53,594 nt of DNA from Flavobacteriaceae bacterium (GTDB lineage: Bacteria > Bacteroidota > Bacteroidia > Flavobacteriales > Flavobacteriaceae). A program made the translations under genes and the position numbers. The stretch lies in contig PBYT01000019.1 in NCBI GenBank assembly GCA_002729755.1, forward strand, positions 51,849 to 105,442, written 5' to 3'. The notes under the pieces are model-generated. The model did no database searches and was not told the DNA's origin. It saw nothing but the letters and a program-made list of their open reading frames with translations. Below, in pieces: positions 48,318 to 53,594 of the stretch; the stretch's first letter is position 1; each line of letters begins with the position of its first letter.

Positions 48318-49103
48318 TTATAAAAAATCTTTAGGAATACTACAAATAGGAATTGGAATCATTTTGTGTTTATTTTTTAAATTCAATCTTGTAAATATGT
48401 TTTTTACTTCTTTTTCACGATCGCTTAGTCTAGGATTTATTTCATTTAAATTTTGATTCATTGCCCATTCTATTTCCTTATAGCTTGCTCCAATTTGGTC
48501 TTCATCATTTCTGTCATCATCCCATAATCCATCAGTTGGAGTTGCAGAAAGGATTTCATTTGGAAGGTTTAAATGAGCAGCTAAATGACATACTTCAGAC
48601 TTTAATAGATCAGCAATAGGACTAATGTCAACTCCTCCGTCTCCATATTTTGTGAAAAATCCAATTCCAAAATCTTCCACCTTATTACCTGTTCCGACAA
48701 CTAAAAATCTGTTAATTGTTGAGAAATAATATAAGGTTAACATTCTTAATCTTGCCTTTGTGTTTGCAAGGCCAAGATCTTTTAGTTCATTAGATGTATT
48801 GGGTATAACATCTAAAAATTTATCAAACATATTTGATAGATCAACTTTATTAGATGTTACATTAGAAAAATTTGACTCTAGCCAATTAATTTGAATAGAT
48901 GAATTTGATATTTGTTCTTTATTTTGATGAATGGGCATTTCTATACACTGAACAGGGTATCCTGTTTTTGCACATAAAGCTGATGTTAATGCTGAATCAA
49001 CTCCACCAGATACTCCAATTACAAAACCATCCATATTTGATTTTTTCAGATAATCTTCTAGCCAGTTAACAATATGATTAGTTACTTTATTAGGGAATTT
49101 CAT
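48318..49103 (-). CDS. nadE: ammonia-dependent NAD+ synthetase
   Basis: PP-loop motif GVSGGVDSA. 261 aa with no glutaminase domain. Confidence 0.9.
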   Translation of the reverse strand: MKFPNKVTNHIVNWLEDYLKKSNMDGFVIGVSGGVDSALTSALCAKTGYPVQCIEMPIHQNKEQISNSSIQINWLESNFSNVTSNKVDLSNMFDKFLDVIPNTSNELKDLGLANTKARLRMLTLYYFSTINRFLVVGTGNKVEDFGIGFFTKYGDGGVDISPIADLLKSEVCHLAAHLNLPNEILSATPTDGLWDDDRNDEDQIGASYKEIEWAMNQNLNEINPRLSDREKEVKNIFTRLNLKNKHKMIPIPICSIPKDFL

Positions 49104-49156
49104 AAAGATTATTTTTAATTTTAAATTTGTATAAAATTACAGCATAATTAAATCAA

Positions 49157-49486
49157 ATGAAAGAAACTAACGTCACAATCAATGTAACTCTTGATGAAAA
49201 TAATATACCAGAAAAAATCATTTGGTCCGCTCCTGATGGGGGTGTATCGGATTTTCCAGCTAAAGCTATGCTGTTATCACTATGGGATAGCAATAACAAA
49301 GAATCTTTAAAAATGGATCTTTGGGTAAAGGATATGCCAGTTGAAGAGATGAAAAATTTTATTTTTCAAACTTTTATGTCAATGAAAAATACAGTTCAAA
49401 AATCTACAAGTGATCAGAATCTAACAAATTTAGTTGATGATTTTTGCAAGGAATTCAAAAGAATAATTGATATAGATAAAGTTTAG
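49157..49486 (+). CDS. gldC: gliding-motility-associated protein GldC
   Basis: 109 aa. The pattern VTLDENNIPEKIIWSAPDGGV...AKAMLLSLWDS..KESLKMDLWVKDMPVEEMKNF matches my recollection of the GldC family (about 110 aa). No search was run. Confidence 0.6.
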   Translation: MKETNVTINVTLDENNIPEKIIWSAPDGGVSDFPAKAMLLSLWDSNNKESLKMDLWVKDMPVEEMKNFIFQTFMSMKNTVQKSTSDQNLTNLVDDFCKEFKRIIDIDKV

Positions 49487-49488
49487 CT

Positions 49489-50094
49489 TCAATTTAGTTT
49501 AAATTCTTTGCTGGAATTATCGATAAATTCTAATATATCCTCTAGGCCATTTTTGTTTTTTGAAGAAGAGATAATAATTTGAGGACTTACTTCCCAATTT
49601 TTTTTTATTTCTTTAGAATATGTTTTAATTTTCTCATCGATCTCTTTTTTTTTTAATTTGTCACATTTTGTAAAAATTAAAATGAAAGGAACAAAAAGTT
49701 CATTTAAATATTTCATAAATTCCAAATCAATTTGCTGAGGTTTTAGTCTAATATCTATTAATAATAAAGCAGAGAATAATTGTTTTCTATTTTTAAAATA
49801 ATTTTCATGAAGATTCTTTATTTTCTCTTTTTCTTTTTTAGAAACTTTTGCAAATCCATATCCTGGAAGGTCAACAATAAAAAATGAATTATTTATTATA
49901 AAATGATTTATTAATAAAGTTTTACCTGGTTTTGATGAAGTTTTTGCTATGGATTTCTTATTGCATAGCGCATTAATTAGAGAGGATTTTCCAATATTTG
50001 ATCTGCCAATAAAAGCAAACTCTGGTATTTTATTATTTGGGCATTCTGAAACTTTAGCACTGCTAGTAAAAAATTCAGAAGAATAAATTTTCAT
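49489..50094 (-). CDS. engB: ribosome biogenesis GTP-binding protein YihA/EngB
   Basis: G1 GRSNIGKSSLINAL, G3 DLPGYG, G4 TKCDK. Confidence 0.9.
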   Translation of the reverse strand: MKIYSSEFFTSSAKVSECPNNKIPEFAFIGRSNIGKSSLINALCNKKSIAKTSSKPGKTLLINHFIINNSFFIVDLPGYGFAKVSKKEKEKIKNLHENYFKNRKQLFSALLLIDIRLKPQQIDLEFMKYLNELFVPFILIFTKCDKLKKKEIDEKIKTYSKEIKKNWEVSPQIIISSSKNKNGLEDILEFIDNSSKEFKLN

Positions 50095-50106
50095 ATTAAT
50101 AATGTC

Positions 50107-50874
50107 TTATAGTTTATTTTTCTTTAACCACTTAAACATAACTTCATTGAACTCATTAGGGAGTTCCATCATAGGGGCGTGTCCACATTTGTCAATCCAA
50201 AACAGTTCAGAGTTAGGGAGTAAAGAATTAAAATCTTCAGCAACTTTAGGAGGAGTAACTGAATCTTGATTTCCCCATATGATTGCAGTTTTATTTTTCA
50301 TTTTTGGAAGATCTTCTGACATATTATGTCTTATAGCGCTTTTAGCTAAAGCAAGTACTTTGATTACTTTTCCTCTATTGTTAACAGTTTCAAAAATATC
50401 ATCAACTAACTCTTTAGTGGCTATGGCTGGATCATAAAATACTTCTTCTGTTTTTGATTTTATGTATTCGTAGTTGCTTCTTTTTGGATAACCATCACCA
50501 ATCATTGATCTCTCATAAAGACCTGAACTCCCTGTAATCACTAGCCCTTCAACCAGTTCTGGGTAATCTCTGGTAAACAATAGTGCTACATGTCCACCAA
50601 GTGAGTTTCCAACTAAAATAATATCACTGAGTTTCTTGAATTTGACAAAATCAAATACATATTTAGCAAAGGTTTTAACATTAGTGTTAAGTATTGAAAC
50701 CTTTTCTATAGGAAGTTCTGGTATTACTACGTTATAATTCTTTTTTGGAAAATATTCATAAACGCCCTTAAAGTTGCTTAATTTTCCCATTAATCCATGA
50801 AGAATAACTATTGGCCTGCCTTCTCCACTTTCAATATAGGAAAATTCCTTTTCTACAATTAGCTCATGCTCCAT
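50107..50874 (-). CDS. alpha/beta-fold hydrolase
   Basis: Oxyanion HGLMG, nucleophile elbow GNSLGG, C-terminal catalytic His context (CGHAPMME). Confidence 0.8.
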   Translation of the reverse strand: MEHELIVEKEFSYIESGEGRPIVILHGLMGKLSNFKGVYEYFPKKNYNVVIPELPIEKVSILNTNVKTFAKYVFDFVKFKKLSDIILVGNSLGGHVALLFTRDYPELVEGLVITGSSGLYERSMIGDGYPKRSNYEYIKSKTEEVFYDPAIATKELVDDIFETVNNRGKVIKVLALAKSAIRHNMSEDLPKMKNKTAIIWGNQDSVTPPKVAEDFNSLLPNSELFWIDKCGHAPMMELPNEFNEVMFKWLKKNKL

Positions 50875-50983
50875 AATTACTTAATTATTAAGCAAATATA
50901 TGGATAATGGACTAGCTCTATTAAACCCTTTGTAAAATACTGTAAAACAGATTGTTGCAAAAGAATAAAAAAAATTATCAACA

Positions 50984-51028
50984 ATGTGGTAAAATGTGGT
51001 AAAATGTGGTAAATTAATTTTATATTTG
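50984..51028 (+). promoter_or_regulatory. probable MraZ operator (3 x ATGTGGTAAA, 10-bp phase) abutting a TATATTTG -7 box of the mraZ/dcw promoter
   Basis: Perfect head-to-tail copies at 50984-50993, 50994-51003 and 51004-51013. TATATTTG lies at 51021-51028 and the mraZ ATG at 51045. Direct GTGG/TGGG repeats with 10-bp spacing are the known MraZ binding architecture. Confidence 0.6.
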
Positions 51029-51044
51029 ATAAACTCTATAGTTA

Positions 51045-51512
51045 ATGCAACACTTTATTGGTACATATGAATGTAAGGCTGATATCAAGGGGAGGATAAT
51101 GTTGCCTTCAGCTTTAAAAAAACAATTATCTAGCAAATTGGATAAAGGATTTGTTTTAAAAAGAGCTGTGTTTAATCATTGTTTAGAGTTATACCCTCTT
51201 CTTGAATGGGAGGGATTAATGAATAGAATAAACAAATTAAATCGATTTAATAAGAAAAATATTGATTTTATTAGAAGGTTTACTGCTGGAGTTAGGTTTA
51301 TCGAGATAGATGTCTCAGGTAGGATATTGATACCAAAAGACCTAATTATCCATGCACAGATTTCACAAAATATAGTAGTTTCTTCTGCTGTTAATATACT
51401 AGAAATATGGGATAAAGTGCTTTATGAAAAAGCAATTAATGATGCAAAAACAGATTTTGGTGATTTAGCAGAAGAAGTCATGGGTTCAAATAATGATGAA
51501 GATGTATCATAA
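51045..51512 (+). CDS. mraZ: transcriptional regulator MraZ
   Basis: 155 aa with two SpoVT/AbrB-like halves each carrying a D-x-x-G-R motif (DIKGRIMLP, DVSGRILIP). First gene of the dcw cluster. Confidence 0.93.
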   Translation: MQHFIGTYECKADIKGRIMLPSALKKQLSSKLDKGFVLKRAVFNHCLELYPLLEWEGLMNRINKLNRFNKKNIDFIRRFTAGVRFIEIDVSGRILIPKDLIIHAQISQNIVVSSAVNILEIWDKVLYEKAINDAKTDFGDLAEEVMGSNNDEDVS

Positions 51513-52395
51513 TCCTGTTTTACTTAATGAATCTGTTAAAGGTCTAAAAATTATACCTGACGGAACTTATGTTGATGTTACATATGGAGGAGGAGGTCAT
51601 TCAAAAGTTATACTACAAAAACTTGGACCAAAAGGAAGATTAATTGCTTTTGATCAAGACAGGGATGCTCATAAAAATAAAATTGATGACAATAGATTAA
51701 AACTAATAGAATCAAATTTTAAATTTCTAAATAATCATCTTAATTATCTGCAGATAAGTCAGGTAGATGGATTGATTGCTGATTTTGGAATTTCTTCCTA
51801 TCAGATTGACACAAAGACCAGAGGTTTCTCAATAAGATTTGATTCTAAGCTTGATATGAGAATGGACCAGTTGCAAAAGATGGATGCGAAATTTATAATT
51901 AATAAGTATGATAGAGAAAAACTAGAAAATATTTTTCAAAATTATGGTGAGTTGAGAAACTATAGGAGAATTGTTGATCTAATAGTTTCAGAGAGAAAAA
52001 ATAATAAAATAAATACATCAGGAGATCTGAAGAGAATTCTAGAGCCTTTATCTATAAGTTCAGAAGAAAATAAATTTTTAGCTAAAGTATTTCAAGCTAT
52101 AAGAATTGAAGTTAATGATGAAATAAATATTATAAAATCACTTTTAGTTCAATCTTCAAAAATTTTAAAAAAGGGAGGAAGATTAGTATGCATATCGTAT
52201 CACTCATTAGAAGACAGATTAGTTAAAAGGTTTATACAAAACGGAACATTTGAGAGTGATGCAATTTCTGACATTTATGGTAATAAAGATTTAATCTTTA
52301 AAAAGATTGGAAAGTTGATTAGCCCAGATAAAGAAGAGGTTGGGTCAAATAATAGATCTAGAAGTGCAAGACTAAGAGTAGCTGAAAAAATATGA
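51493..52395 (+). CDS. rsmH: 16S rRNA (cytosine1402-N4)-methyltransferase
   Basis: YHNPVLLNE N-terminus and the DVTYGGGGHS SAM motif. Three candidate ATGs exist (51493, 51496, 51502); the conserved region starts right after 51502. Confidence 0.93.
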   Translation: MMKMYHNPVLLNESVKGLKIIPDGTYVDVTYGGGGHSKVILQKLGPKGRLIAFDQDRDAHKNKIDDNRLKLIESNFKFLNNHLNYLQISQVDGLIADFGISSYQIDTKTRGFSIRFDSKLDMRMDQLQKMDAKFIINKYDREKLENIFQNYGELRNYRRIVDLIVSERKNNKINTSGDLKRILEPLSISSEENKFLAKVFQAIRIEVNDEINIIKSLLVQSSKILKKGGRLVCISYHSLEDRLVKRFIQNGTFESDAISDIYGNKDLIFKKIGKLISPDKEEVGSNNRSRSARLRVAEKI

Positions 52396-52700
52396 AAAGT
52401 TTTTTGTCATTTATAAATATAGATTTTTTAGTAAAAAAGGATTCAATCCAAAACTGGAAGATGATTGTTTACTTATCTCTCCTAGCTTTAATAACTATAT
52501 ATAGTGGCCACAGTACAGATAGAAAAGTTATTAAAGTAGGAGCGTTAAAGAAAGAAATAAATATTCTAAACAATGAGTTTGTCTCAACTAGAATTTCTTT
52601 GATGAATATAAAAATGGAATCTAAAGTAACAAAAAGATTGAGCGAAAAAGGATTAGTTCCTTCAAAATATCCACCTATTAAAATTATTGTAAAAAAATAA
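52392..52700 (+). CDS. ftsL: FtsL-like small bitopic cell-division protein
   Basis: 102 aa with a single TM helix followed by a short coiled-coil-like segment. Position between rsmH and ftsI, with ATGA overlap to rsmH. The call rests on context, not sequence motifs. Confidence 0.55.
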   Translation: MKSFLSFINIDFLVKKDSIQNWKMIVYLSLLALITIYSGHSTDRKVIKVGALKKEINILNNEFVSTRISLMNIKMESKVTKRLSEKGLVPSKYPPIKIIVKK

Positions 52701-52702
52701 TT

Positions 52703-53594
52703 ATGGATAGAGGTAAGAGTAAGAGTAAAATAGTAAACAGGATTAATTTCATGTTCTTTTTCTTCTTACTATTCTCTGCCTTTTTAATTTCAAAAATAGT
52801 CTATATACAAAATTTTGATTCTGAAGTTGAGGGAAATAATATTTCACTTGAGACAATAAAAAATGTTGAGGTAGAATCAACAAGAGGTAATATATATTCA
52901 TCTGATGGAGATCTTATAGTATCTACAGTTTCAAAGTTTGAAATAAGATGGGATTCACAAGTTGCATCTGAGAAAATATTCCAAAGTAATAAAGTTAAAC
53001 TCGCTCAAGAGTTATCTAAGTTATTATCTGAAAGCAGTGACTACTTTACAGATATTATGAATAATGCTCGAAAGAATAATAATAGATATTTATTAATAGC
53101 CAAAGATTTAGATATCAATCAATTAAATGCTTTAAAGACTTTTCCAATGTTTAACCTTGGCATGTATAGAGGAGGACTGATAATTAAGGAAAATCACTTA
53201 AGAAAAAGTCACTTAGGTAAAATAGCTGAAAGAACAATTGGTTCTTTTAAGAAGGGAATTAAAGAAGTTGGACTAGAACAAGCTTATAGTCAATATCTAG
53301 GCGGTAAGAATGGTGTAAGAAGAATGCAAAAAATTGCAAATGGGCAGTGGAAACCTTTAAAAACTGAATATGAAATTGAACCAAAAGAAGGATATGACCT
53401 ACATGCTACAATAGAGCTAAAGATTCAAGAGTTTGTACATAATGAATTGCTAAGCCAGCTTGAAAAATTTGAAGCTGATCATGGTACAGCAGTAATTATG
53501 GAAACAAACACTGGAAATATCTTGGGAATTTCCAATCTCGGAATAAACTCAGAAGGAAATTATTATGAGAGATTAAATTATGCAATTGGAGAAA
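52703..53594 (+). CDS. ftsI: penicillin-binding protein (FtsI/PBP3-type transpeptidase), N-terminal ~297 aa; continues beyond the window
   Basis: Not in the ORF track (open-ended). My translation from ATG at 52703 gives MDRGKSKSKIVNRINFMFFFFLLFSAFLISKIVYIQ...RGNIYSSDGDLIVST...DHGTAVIMETNTGNILGISN. This shows a TM anchor plus a PBP dimerisation domain, in dcw context. Confidence 0.85.
   Translation, partial: MDRGKSKSKIVNRINFMFFFFLLFSAFLISKIVYIQNFDSEVEGNNISLETIKNVEVESTRGNIYSSDGDLIVSTVSKFEIRWDSQVASEKIFQSNKVKLAQELSKLLSESSDYFTDIMNNARKNNNRYLLIAKDLDINQLNALKTFPMFNLGMYRGGLIIKENHLRKSHLGKIAERTIGSFKKGIKEVGLEQAYSQYLGGKNGVRRMQKIANGQWKPLKTEYEIEPKEGYDLHATIELKIQEFVHNELLSQLEKFEADHGTAVIMETNTGNILGISNLGINSEGNYYERLNYAIGE

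Noticed and set aside
50984-51013. Short direct repeats that might have been a CRISPR fragment or a minisatellite.
   Set aside because: The units are 10 bp, contiguous without spacers, and only three copies are present. Their position upstream of mraZ fits a transcription-factor operator instead. No CRISPR-like repeat-spacer array or cas gene exists anywhere in the window.

Overview
This is an AT-rich (roughly 30% G+C by eye), very gene-dense chromosomal segment. From the coordinates below about 97% is coding, and the largest intergenic gap is about 170 bp. It reads as core genome of a Bacteroidota/Flavobacteriia bacterium, probably a streamlined marine one. Support for that placement: GldC; the ftsH - LUD-like - cdsA - psd and ddl - PASTA - rluD neighbourhoods; TTG-N21-TAnnTTTG promoter-like motifs; no Shine-Dalgarno sequences; and a DnaG lacking its zinc ligands.

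I call 58 protein-coding genes (two truncated by the window edges) and one tRNA-Val(GAC). Almost all are housekeeping:
- Translation and RNA modification: valS, rluD, queA, rsmH, obg, engB, rsfS.
- Envelope and division: ddl, murF, mraZ-rsmH-ftsL-ftsI, psd, cdsA, MlaEF-like.
- Nucleotide and cofactor metabolism: pyrE, purEK, adk, coaD, nadE, birA, aroA.
- Central metabolism: pdhA plus E2, gcvP, acs, glpKDF.

I see no rRNA, CRISPR array, transposase, integrase, prophage or recognisable defence/toxin-antitoxin module. I do not find a convincing novel multi-gene system. The leads worth a second look are:
1. A perfect 3 x 10-bp phased GTGG repeat upstream of mraZ, a likely MraZ operator.
2. An orphan NarL/LuxR response regulator whose phospho-acceptor Asp is replaced by Glu.
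3. A DnaG primase with all four zinc-ribbon ligands substituted.
4. A four-gene block of exported proteins next to tRNA-Val that includes a lipid-anchored azurin.
5. Two tandem secreted paralogs that look like the N-terminal module of TonB-dependent receptors without plug or barrel.
6. A DUF456 - thioesterase - DUF4212 - symporter - acs gene string.
7. gldC retained with no room for gldB.

All functional calls rest on motif and family recognition by eye. No database search was run.
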